This document shows positions 20,238 to 28,254 of a stretch of 64,000 nt of DNA, in pieces. Below the pieces are notes generated by a model, which saw nothing but the letters and a program-made list of their open reading frames with translations, ran no database searches and was not told the DNA's origin. A program made the position numbers and the translations under genes. Within the stretch, counting starts at the first letter, position 1. Each line of letters begins with the position of its first letter. Origin of the DNA: Alphaproteobacteria bacterium (GTDB lineage: Bacteria > Pseudomonadota > Alphaproteobacteria > SHNJ01); the NCBI GenBank assembly GCA_004295055.1, contig SHNJ01000007.1, positions 73,081 to 137,080 on the forward strand, given 5' to 3'.

Positions 20238-21241
20238 GAATTTCCCTTTGCCTCTTGGCGGGTGTTTTTGTTCGCCGCCAAATACCGATTAACATAAGAC
20301 AATATTTTTTGTTTGCTAAAAGGCTTGACCACAAAACCTTTGACGTTGTTTTTACGGGCAATTTCCACATCATCGACCGAATGATGGGCGGTGACCATTA
20401 TTAAATGCGCGTTGTTGTCTAATTGCTCAATTTTCTGCGCCAGTTCATGTCCGCTGCCGTCTGGCAATTCAATATCGATGAATGCTATATCTGGCACTAT
20501 TTCCAGGTATAAGCGCCATGCTTCCTCTAATGTTCCTGCGGTGTTTACTTGGAATTTATAACCAAGAATTCCGTACAGCAACTGTTGAGAGAATAATTGG
20601 TCTTCCACAATTAATATGCGTATGTGCTGGCGCCCGATCCGCTGCAATTTGGCACTCATAAAATGCTCTATTTGCTGATCGGTGTGATGAAGACTGGCTT
20701 GGGTAATGGCGCGAGATGTTTTTTTCATGGGGTCTATGGAGGTAAGTTTTGTGGGGATGGATGCTGGTTTGGTATCGATGTCAACTAATTTTGCGGAGTC
20801 GGTTATCTGCTTATTCGGTTCTTCGGGTGAAATGGGAATCGGAAGATCCAGGTCGACTTTCAAAAATTTTTTAAGGAATAGGCTTAGTTCATCGGCCATC
20901 AACTGAGCATCGAAATAGGTAAGAACATCGTCGGTTGTTTTTTCAAACTCCGGTTTCAACATATGTGGGATGATAATGGCTCTTAATTTTTCATAAATAC
21001 GTTTTGGCATGCCGCACCAGGCCAAGTATACATCCCCATTTTCCATGAAAAAAATGCGCGCATCCACGGCGCTATGCATGGCTTGTTTTAAGGTGATCAC
21101 AAATTGATCTTGCGGTATGCTGGTTAGGTATTGTGTCCGAATATTCACAATACTCCACGCGCTGGTATGATTGATATTGATTTCTCTAATCAGTTCAATC
21201 AGCGCTTGCTCGGCCTCATGTTCTGTAATTCCAATCAGCAT
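20234..21241 (-). CDS. Response regulator with C-terminal receiver domain and uncharacterised about 200-aa N-terminal domain
   Basis: C-terminal REC (IRILIVEDQLFS...IDIELPDGSG...MVTAHH...KPF); no family recognised in the N-terminal part; stop overlaps the Hpt start. Confidence 0.75.
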   Translation of the reverse strand: MLIGITEHEAEQALIELIREININHTSAWSIVNIRTQYLTSIPQDQFVITLKQAMHSAVDARIFFMENGDVYLAWCGMPKRIYEKLRAIIIPHMLKPEFEKTTDDVLTYFDAQLMADELSLFLKKFLKVDLDLPIPISPEEPNKQITDSAKLVDIDTKPASIPTKLTSIDPMKKTSRAITQASLHHTDQQIEHFMSAKLQRIGRQHIRILIVEDQLFSQQLLYGILGYKFQVNTAGTLEEAWRLYLEIVPDIAFIDIELPDGSGHELAQKIEQLDNNAHLIMVTAHHSVDDVEIARKNNVKGFVVKPFSKQKILSYVNRYLAANKNTRQEAKGNS

Positions 21242-21409
21242 ATGGGCGCACTATAATTTTAGAAGAAGTAAAGGTTCCACTCTTTTATCATATTCTTTCA
21301 TGGCTAACATCTTACTAAAGGATGCGCGAATAGAAAGAAAATATACAACTATATGGTGTATAAGTCTTGGTCCATACATGGGTAAGAAAATACAATTGTA
21401 TTTCATACA

Positions 21410-21448
21410 AAGAAAAATGACCGGTTTAATCCGGTCATAAGTTTTTTT
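21410..21448. terminator. Bidirectional rho-independent terminator (ATGACCGG-TTTAAT-CCGGTCAT flanked by A-run and T-run)
   Basis: Perfect 8-bp stem with TTTTTTT on the plus strand and TTTTTCTTT on the minus strand; lies between the flgH 3' end and the phosphorelay operon. Confidence 0.55.
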
Positions 21449-21469
21449 GGGGGGAGTAGAAACTTTAAA

Positions 21470-22243
21470 TTAGAATGGCAACAAAATATCCATTACCTGA
21501 CTGCCATAGCGCGGCTGCTGCACATCGCTGAGCACGCCGCGGCCGCCATAAGAAATTCTGGCCTCGGCGATTTTGTCGGAGGTAATCGAGTTAACGGAAC
21601 TGATATCGGCCGGGCGAATAATGCCGCTAACGGTCAATTCACGTAATTCATGATTCACGCGAATCTCTTGTTTGCCAAGAATTACTAAGTTGCCATTAGG
21701 CAATACTTGAGTCACCACTGCCGCTACTTTGACATTAATGTCTTCCTTGCGGTCGATCGATGCTTCGCCTTTATTTTTCAAGTCGCTGCTGGTGTTTACT
21801 AAGCTGCTTGGATCAATTGCATTCGGTAATTTTTTGCCCAATTCCGCTTCTAAACCGAATAGACCTGGTACGCCCATGGATTCATCATTTTCGCGTTTGC
21901 GTTCGGTATCGTTATCCAATTTAGCGGAATCCGAAATCTGTACCATGACGGTTAAGATATCTCCGACCCGACCGGCGCGTTGGTCTTTGAAGAAAGATCT
22001 TGATCCCGCACGCCATAAAGAATTCACTTCACGGGTGTCAGGAACGGCCGCTGGCATTGGCATGGTAACGGGGCGATAACCTGCTTGCATGGTTGGATTC
22101 ACCGTGCTGCTTAGGGCAGGGGGCTCGCCTACTTCGGCCAGGCGATCCAAAGTAACGCAGCCAGTCAACAAAAAGCAGGATGCTGTTACTAATAGTACTT
22201 TTGAGTTGCTTAGATGTGATTTTTTCATGATGCTTACTCCCAC
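21470..22243 (-). CDS. flgH: Flagellar L-ring lipoprotein FlgH
   Basis: Lipobox LLTGC, full-length FlgH pattern (GDILTVMV, GNLVILGKQEIRVN). Confidence 0.9.
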   Translation of the reverse strand: MGVSIMKKSHLSNSKVLLVTASCFLLTGCVTLDRLAEVGEPPALSSTVNPTMQAGYRPVTMPMPAAVPDTREVNSLWRAGSRSFFKDQRAGRVGDILTVMVQISDSAKLDNDTERKRENDESMGVPGLFGLEAELGKKLPNAIDPSSLVNTSSDLKNKGEASIDRKEDINVKVAAVVTQVLPNGNLVILGKQEIRVNHELRELTVSGIIRPADISSVNSITSDKIAEARISYGGRGVLSDVQQPRYGSQVMDILLPF

Positions 22244-22987
22244 TTATTTCGCTGCTACGGATTTTTTAGAATTGCTGGTGATGCCGACGGTAGCCTGATC
22301 GGAACCGGTAACAACGGCGTCCAAAATTTTATTGGTTTGTGTATTCAAGGCTCGAATAGTATCTCCCATCGCTCCATCGTTTAACGCGCGCGCTTGATGG
22401 CTGATGGTCAAATATTCGGTTTGATACAGCATGGTGATCAGGTCGTTTTTGCGTACTACGATCGGTGCGCTAACCATGCCAGTGCGAATGACAGATCCTG
22501 ATGCAATTAAACGTTTGGCTGTTTTGCCGACCAATTGTTCTACATTGGTAATTGCGCTATTGCCCAAGCTTGCTTGTTCCATGTCAACAAAGGCGATGTC
22601 GGCATCTTCAATAGTTTCGCCAGCATTGCGTTGAGTGCTTAGAACGGGCACGCTGATCATCGAAATAATACGGCCGGCAAAATTGATTCTTTGTTTCGGA
22701 GAATCGCTAAGGCTGGCCTCGACAGTAAAGCTTTGCGCCGCTTTGTTGATTTCCAGATTGTCCAATATGATTTGATCATTGGCGCTCATGCTGATCAGAT
22801 TTTTACCATTGCGGCTGACTCGTACTTGAACGTTGCTGCCGTATCCTTGATCTAAGGCGGCGGCCTTGACGGCAGCGATCAGTTCCGCATCGGTAATCAC
22901 GCGTGGAGTTACCGTTGCTTTTTCTTCAGCATGAGCGCTAAAAGAAAAAGACAGCAGAACTAAACAAATGAGCAAGATACGGGACAT
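22244..22987 (-). CDS. flgA: Flagellar basal-body P-ring formation chaperone FlgA
   Basis: Signal peptide, SAF-type domain, position between flgG and flgH. Confidence 0.8.
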   Translation of the reverse strand: MSRILLICLVLLSFSFSAHAEEKATVTPRVITDAELIAAVKAAALDQGYGSNVQVRVSRNGKNLISMSANDQIILDNLEINKAAQSFTVEASLSDSPKQRINFAGRIISMISVPVLSTQRNAGETIEDADIAFVDMEQASLGNSAITNVEQLVGKTAKRLIASGSVIRTGMVSAPIVVRKNDLITMLYQTEYLTISHQARALNDGAMGDTIRALNTQTNKILDAVVTGSDQATVGITSNSKKSVAAK

Positions 22988-23011
22988 TACAGAACTCCTA
23001 TATTTAACCTA

Positions 23012-23797
23012 TTACCGCATTTGGCTGATGGTACCCATCATTTGATCGCCGGTTTCGATGACTTTGGAATTCATCTCATAGGCGCGCTGGGCGGTAATCA
23101 AGGTTGTAATCTCGGAAACGATATTGACGTTCGAAGCTTCTAAATAATTTTGTTGGATCGATCCGAAACCGGTCGTGTTGGCTTGGCCGGTAACTGGGGC
23201 GCCGGACGATTCGGTCTCAAGATAAAGGTTATTGCCGTGTGCGGCTAAACCAGACTCGTTTGGAAAAGTCGCCAGATCCAATTGCCCAACGTTGCTCAAT
23301 GCGGTTTGACCATCCTGTTTGACTAATACAGCGCCGTCTTCGCTTATTGCTACATCGACTGCATCGCTGGGAATTGTGATGCTGGGTTGAACTTGATATC
23401 CATCCTGCGTAACCAACTGGCCGCTGGCGTTCAATGTGAACGCGCCTTCGCGGGTATAGGCGGTTTCGCCGTTGGGTAATAAAACTTGAAAGAATCCCTT
23501 GCCTTTGATCGCCAAATCATATGGATTGCCGGTCGATTGCAAAGTACCTTGATCGTGGATACGGTAAACGGCCGCGGTTTGCACGCCCAGACCGACTTGG
23601 ACGCCGGTTGGAACGACTTCGCCACCGCCACCGGTGGATGCACCAACGCGGCGCATGCTTTGGTATAATAAATCCTGAAATTCGGCCCGGCTGCGTTTAA
23701 AGCCAGTAGTGTTCAAGTTGGCGATGTTGTTCGAAATGACCTCAACGTTTGTTTGTTGAGCTAACATTCCGGTGGCAGCAATACTAAGGGCGCGCAT
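23012..23797 (-). CDS. flgG: Flagellar distal rod protein FlgG
   Basis: MRALSIAATGMLAQQTNVEVISNNIANLNTTGFKRSRAEFQDLLYQ and C-terminal rod motif. Confidence 0.92.
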   Translation of the reverse strand: MRALSIAATGMLAQQTNVEVISNNIANLNTTGFKRSRAEFQDLLYQSMRRVGASTGGGGEVVPTGVQVGLGVQTAAVYRIHDQGTLQSTGNPYDLAIKGKGFFQVLLPNGETAYTREGAFTLNASGQLVTQDGYQVQPSITIPSDAVDVAISEDGAVLVKQDGQTALSNVGQLDLATFPNESGLAAHGNNLYLETESSGAPVTGQANTTGFGSIQQNYLEASNVNIVSEITTLITAQRAYEMNSKVIETGDQMMGTISQMR

Positions 23798-23807
23798 GAT
23801 TTTTCTC

Positions 23808-24569
23808 CTATTGCATTTGGGCTAGACGGCGGATCGCTTGGCGGACCCGGTCGTCTTCTCGTTCAATCATCTTTTGTGCCGACTCATAAGACCGCGACAC
23901 TTGCATCATTTTGGTCATTTCTTGTACGCTTTGGACATTGGATGCCTCGATACTGCCTTGAACCATCACGGGATGTTCAATTGGGGCCGGAGCATCGATC
24001 GATCCTTGTGGTAACTTGTATAATCCTGCGCCTTCGCGTTCTAGTAATCCGGCGTTTTTAAAACCGACCAGGCCGATTTTTCCGATCACGTCCTTGTCGG
24101 CGTAAATCGTGCCGTCTTGTGCCACGGTAATTTGCTCTGCGGCAGATGGGACCACGATAGGGGCGCCGCCATCCGATAACAGTGGATCGCCATTTTCATT
24201 GACGATTTGACCATTACCATCCAGACGGAAATGGCCATCACGGGTAAAACGGTTGCCGGCGGCGGTGCCGACAGTAAAGAATCCTTCGCCATTGATTGCG
24301 AAATCGAAATCGGCACCTGTATGGGTAATAGAACCTTGTGAAAAATCGGTTACAACGCCTAATTCTTGAACATAAGATGTATCTTCGCCATCTTCATTTT
24401 TGGCTAAGTATTCTTTGAATGCCAAATTGCTGGATTTAAATCCGGCTGTGGAGATATTGGCAATGTTGTTGGCAATAATCTCCATTTGGCGAGTAAGCGC
24501 CGTTTGTTGAGATATGGCTACGTATGCACTGCTTTCCACTGTCAAATCCCTTTCCAAAAACCAATTCAT
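23808..24569 (-). CDS. flgF: Flagellar proximal rod protein FlgF (true start probably the GTG at 24539)
   Basis: Rod-family N-terminus (SAYVAISQQTAL...ANNIANISTAGFK) and C-terminus; AAGGGA Shine-Dalgarno 7 nt before the internal GTG. Confidence 0.88.
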   Translation of the reverse strand: MNWFLERDLTVESSAYVAISQQTALTRQMEIIANNIANISTAGFKSSNLAFKEYLAKNEDGEDTSYVQELGVVTDFSQGSITHTGADFDFAINGEGFFTVGTAAGNRFTRDGHFRLDGNGQIVNENGDPLLSDGGAPIVVPSAAEQITVAQDGTIYADKDVIGKIGLVGFKNAGLLEREGAGLYKLPQGSIDAPAPIEHPVMVQGSIEASNVQSVQEMTKMMQVSRSYESAQKMIEREDDRVRQAIRRLAQMQ

Positions 24570-24592
24570 TATTTTTTTTCTGGAAGGGTAGT

Positions 24593-24608
24593 TGCAGCTT
24601 CTGTGCCA
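24593..24608 (-). promoter_or_regulatory. Candidate sigma54 promoter for the flgF-flgG-flgA-flgH operon (TGGCAC-N5-CTGCA on the minus strand)
   Basis: Reverse complement of 24593-24608 is TGGCACAGAAGCTGCA; a plus-strand TGGAAG-N5-TTGCA element (24581-24596) overlaps it. Confidence 0.45.
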
Positions 24609-24871
24609 AAATCAAATTACATACAAATCAATGAGTTAATATTCGGAATTGGCGCGGTGATACGGATTTAGCACTATGGATGGTAGATTCTGCCTACTAT
24701 TTCTTGCCAATACTGTTGCAAAGCATTGAAATGAGATAATATTTTTATAATGCACCCCGCATAAATGGCTGGCGTGCAAGTATTTGTTAACCAAGTTCCT
24801 ATACTGTTAAGTGTAGGCACAAAGGTTTTCCGAGTTCCGCATTTATTTCATTTAGTTCCATAGGCATCATC

Positions 24872-25429
24872 ATGGCCGACGATAAAAAAGAAGATAAAAA
24901 AGAAGACGAAAAAGAAAAAAAAGAAGGGGAAGAGGGCGCTGCTGCTGAAGGCGAGGGCGGCGAGAAAAAATCAAAAAAGAAATTGATTTTGTTCATCGTG
25001 CTGCCAATTGTCGCCATCTTGGGCGCCGGCGCGGGTTTGTATTTCTCCGGCATGCTGGATAGCTTGCTTGGCAAAGAAGCAGAACATGCGGAAGAGGCGA
25101 AGGAAGAGCCTAAAAAAATCGAAGATTTCGTGTATTTCGATTTACCTGAAATCGTGGTGAATTTGTCGGCTACCGGCAAGAAAAATACATTTATGAAAAT
25201 TTCCATCAGCCTTCAGGTGGAAAAAGAAGAGGAAAAAACCGAGCTTGAAAAAATCACACCGCGTATTGTCGATAAGTTCCAAGTTTATTTGCGCGGCCTG
25301 CAAGTAGAGGATTTACAAGGCTCTGCCGGTATTTATCGTTTACGCGAGGAGTTATTGGCCCGGGTGAATGTAGTAACGGAACCGATTAAAATTCACGACG
25401 TTTTATTCAAAGAAATTTTGGTGCAATAG
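24872..25429 (+). CDS. fliL: Flagellar basal-body-associated protein FliL
   Basis: Lys/Glu-rich N-terminus, single TM, FliL core (YFDLPEIVVNL...MKISISLQV). Confidence 0.85.
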   Translation: MADDKKEDKKEDEKEKKEGEEGAAAEGEGGEKKSKKKLILFIVLPIVAILGAGAGLYFSGMLDSLLGKEAEHAEEAKEEPKKIEDFVYFDLPEIVVNLSATGKKNTFMKISISLQVEKEEEKTELEKITPRIVDKFQVYLRGLQVEDLQGSAGIYRLREELLARVNVVTEPIKIHDVLFKEILVQ

Positions 25430-25436
25430 GTTAACT

Positions 25437-26507
25437 ATGGCTGACGATACACCACCACCAGAAGAAGCAAAACCCGAAGGCGAAGCGCCGAAAGAAGGCG
25501 AGCCAGGTTGGGACGATCAGGTTGCCCTGAACGAGGCCGCCAGTAGCCGGGTTTTGAACCAGGACGAAATCGACAGCTTGCTTGGCTTTGATGAAGCTGG
25601 CAGCGAGGCTGCGGCGGCATCCGGCATTCAGGCGATTGTCAATTCCGGCATGGTGTCTTACGAGCGCTTGCCTATGCTCGAGGTTGTGTTTGACCGTCTC
25701 GTGCGTGTTATGTCTACGTCATTGCGTAACTTAACATCGGACAACGTCGAGGTTTCTCTGGATAATATTTCTTCGATCCGCTTTGGCGATTATTTGAATT
25801 CGATTCCGTTGCCTGCGATGTTGGGCGTGTTTAAGGCGGAAGAATGGGACAATTACGGTCTGGTGGTTATCGACTCGTCGCTGATTTATTCGATCGTGGA
25901 CGTGTTGCTTGGCGGACGTCGCGGCACCGCCGCGATGCGTATTGAAGGCCGTCCGTACACAACTATTGAACGCAATCTGGTTGAGCGTATGGCCAATGTT
26001 ATTTTGGGTGATTTGACGGCGGCGTTCGATCCGTTAAGCCCAGTTACATTCCGTTTGGAACGTCTTGAAACCAACCCACGGTTCGCCACTATCGCTCGTC
26101 CCGCCAACGCCGCGATTCTGGCCCGGTTGCGCGTGGATATGGATGATCGTGGCGGAAGAATGGAATTGCTATTGCCATACGCCACGCTGGAACCTGTGCG
26201 CGAATTGTTATTGCAAATGTTCATGGGTGAAAAATTCGGCCGCGATACGATTTGGGAAAGCCACTTGGCGACAGAACTTTGGTATACGGATTTACCGGTA
26301 CATGCTGTTTTAGACGAAGTCATGATCCCGCTGGGCCAAATTATGAACTGGAAGGTTGGCGATAAGATTATGTTGGATGTTCAGCCGAATTCTCCGGTCG
26401 AGGTGCGGTGTGGAGACTTATCTATGTTTTCCGCGAAGATTGGCCGCAAAGGCAAAAATATCGCGGTGCGCATTGATGGCAAATTGGGCAAATTGGTGAA
26501 TTTATAA
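25437..26507 (+). CDS. fliM: Flagellar motor switch protein FliM
   Basis: N-terminal CheY-binding LNQDEIDSLLGF motif and FliM middle/C-terminal domains. Confidence 0.9.
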   Translation: MADDTPPPEEAKPEGEAPKEGEPGWDDQVALNEAASSRVLNQDEIDSLLGFDEAGSEAAAASGIQAIVNSGMVSYERLPMLEVVFDRLVRVMSTSLRNLTSDNVEVSLDNISSIRFGDYLNSIPLPAMLGVFKAEEWDNYGLVVIDSSLIYSIVDVLLGGRRGTAAMRIEGRPYTTIERNLVERMANVILGDLTAAFDPLSPVTFRLERLETNPRFATIARPANAAILARLRVDMDDRGGRMELLLPYATLEPVRELLLQMFMGEKFGRDTIWESHLATELWYTDLPVHAVLDEVMIPLGQIMNWKVGDKIMLDVQPNSPVEVRCGDLSMFSAKIGRKGKNIAVRIDGKLGKLVNL

Positions 26508-26508
26508 A

Positions 26509-27012
26509 ATGAATCAAGAGATGTTATCTTTAGGGTTGGATATTGTGATTGCGGTGTTGTTATGCGCAACCATCGTTTACGCCTATATGCTAAACAAGCG
26601 TTTGCAAGCTTTGCGCGCGGACCGGGAAGAAATGGAAAATCTGCTGCGTAAGTTTTATGACGCTACCAATAAAGCGGATGCCAGCATTAAAGGTTTAAAA
26701 CAAACATCAGAAGTCATGGGCGGCGAATTGCAGGAAAAAATCGACAAAGCCAGATCCTTGCGTGATGAAATTACTTTTATGTTGGAACGTGGCGATTTAC
26801 TGGCTAATCAGCTTGAAGGCGCTATCAGCGCTTCGCGTACGGAACGGCCTGGCCAGGACTTAAGCGGATTGATGAATAAAGCCGCGCAAAACATGGAAAA
26901 GAAAAGCAAAACTAAAGATCTGCGTAATTTAGAAAATATTTTTACAGAAGAAGCCGAAGGACAATCGGCGGTGGAAAAAGAACTGTTAAAAGCATTAAAA
27001 GGGTTGCGATAG
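26509..27012 (+). CDS. Hypothetical flagellar-locus protein (single N-terminal TM, coiled-coil)
   Basis: Translationally coupled to fliM (stop/start adjacent); no family assigned. Confidence 0.4.
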   Translation: MNQEMLSLGLDIVIAVLLCATIVYAYMLNKRLQALRADREEMENLLRKFYDATNKADASIKGLKQTSEVMGGELQEKIDKARSLRDEITFMLERGDLLANQLEGAISASRTERPGQDLSGLMNKAAQNMEKKSKTKDLRNLENIFTEEAEGQSAVEKELLKALKGLR

Positions 27013-27018
27013 ACTATA

Positions 27019-27753
27019 ATGGATAAAATTCGCGTTTTGCCATTGCTGATATTTACCTGCTGCTTCATGCTGTTCGTCCGCATTGAAACAATTTGGGCGG
27101 AAAGCAAGGAAATTGCAAAAGAAGCGGCCGCGACCAAGGAAGAGCCAAAAAAAGAAGAAACAAAAGCGGCGGAAACAGTAAAGACTGAAGAAGCGCCGGC
27201 CGCAACCGGCGAGGCGGCAGCCGAAAAACCAGCTGAGGGCGGGGCTGAGCCATCTAAAAACACAGCCGATCCATTGCTATTTAACGATTCGGAACTGGAT
27301 ATATTGCAGTCCTTATCCGCGCGCCGGGCACAATTGGATGAGCGTGAGCGCCAGATCGAACAAAAAGAAGGCTTGTTGCAAATTACCGAACAGCGTATCG
27401 AAGAAAAGCTGACGGAACTAAAGACGCTTAAAGCGGAATTAGAAGCGACTAAGTCAGAAGTAGAAAAGATGACCAGCAGTCTTCAAGGTAAAGAAAAAGA
27501 AGAATTGCTCAGTCTGGTCAAAACCTATGAAACTATGAAGCCAAAAGACGCCGCAGCGCGATTTGATAATTTAGATCTGGCTTTGCAGGTACGTATTGCA
27601 CGCAATCTGAAGGAAGCTAAATTGGCGCCGATTATGGCGGCTATGGACCCCATGAAGGCCGCAAAATTAACGACCGAGCTGGCAACAAGCAAAAACATCC
27701 CTGATCTTAATCCGGAACCAGCCGGCACGCCGCCACCGCCGAAATCCAAATAG
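27019..27753 (+). CDS. motE: MotE-like periplasmic flagellar protein (MgtE_N-like C-terminal domain)
   Basis: Signal peptide, Lys/Glu-rich coiled coil, C-terminal AARFDNLDLALQVRIARNL...IMAAMDPMKAAKLTTEL resembling the MgtE-N/MotE family. Confidence 0.5.
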   Translation: MDKIRVLPLLIFTCCFMLFVRIETIWAESKEIAKEAAATKEEPKKEETKAAETVKTEEAPAATGEAAAEKPAEGGAEPSKNTADPLLFNDSELDILQSLSARRAQLDERERQIEQKEGLLQITEQRIEEKLTELKTLKAELEATKSEVEKMTSSLQGKEKEELLSLVKTYETMKPKDAAARFDNLDLALQVRIARNLKEAKLAPIMAAMDPMKAAKLTTELATSKNIPDLNPEPAGTPPPPKSK

Positions 27754-27757
27754 GCTG

Positions 27758-28150
27758 GTGTTGATGACTGTCGACAAAGAAATCCCAATTTTGATAGTTG
27801 ACGATTACAAGACGATGTTGCGTATTTTGCGGGGCCTTCTAAATCAATTGGGGTTTCGTAATATTGAAGAAGCCACGGATGGAAAAACCGCTATGGCTAG
27901 ACTCCGTAACGAAGCTTTCAGTCTTGTGATATCGGACTGGGGAATGGAACCCATGGACGGCCTGCAGTTGTTAAAAACTATCCGTGCCGATGAAAAACTG
28001 AAAAAAATACCATTTATTATGGTAGCTTCCGATACCAAGCCCGAAGATGTGATGAAGGCCAAGCAAGCCGGGGTATCCAATTTTATTTTAAAGCCATTCA
28101 ATGCGGACACGCTGAAAAGTAAATTGATCAGCGTTTTGGGTCCGTTTTAG
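27758..28150 (+). CDS. cheY: CheY-like single-domain response regulator
   Basis: ILIVDD...LVISDWGMEPMDGLQLLKTIRA...KP closely matches the CheY signature (DWNMPNMDG in E. coli). Confidence 0.85.
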   Translation: MLMTVDKEIPILIVDDYKTMLRILRGLLNQLGFRNIEEATDGKTAMARLRNEAFSLVISDWGMEPMDGLQLLKTIRADEKLKKIPFIMVASDTKPEDVMKAKQAGVSNFILKPFNADTLKSKLISVLGPF

Positions 28151-28254
28151 ACTTTGATCCAAACATCTATCCCACAATCCCCAGAAATATAATCTTTAAG
28201 ACGGGATAAGCCGTCTTTGGCCTTGCGGATATGGTATAGTATTTTACCCTATTA

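Noticed and set aside
21171-21440. 89-aa plus-strand ORF spanning the intergenic region between the response-regulator start and flgH
   Set aside because: Low-complexity translation (MILISLISSISACSASCS...) in an AT-rich spacer; ends inside the bidirectional terminator hairpin; no RBS-like sequence.
24799-25206. 135-aa minus-strand ORF antisense to the fliL 5' end
   Set aside because: Ser/Phe-rich low-complexity translation produced by the antisense of fliL's Lys/Glu-rich N-terminal codons (AAA/GAA repeats).
28198-28217. Hairpin AAGACGG-GATAAG-CCGTCTT between cheY and the large TPR gene
   Set aside because: Only a 7-bp stem followed by TTTGG (no real U-tract). At most a weak attenuator; not reported as a terminator.
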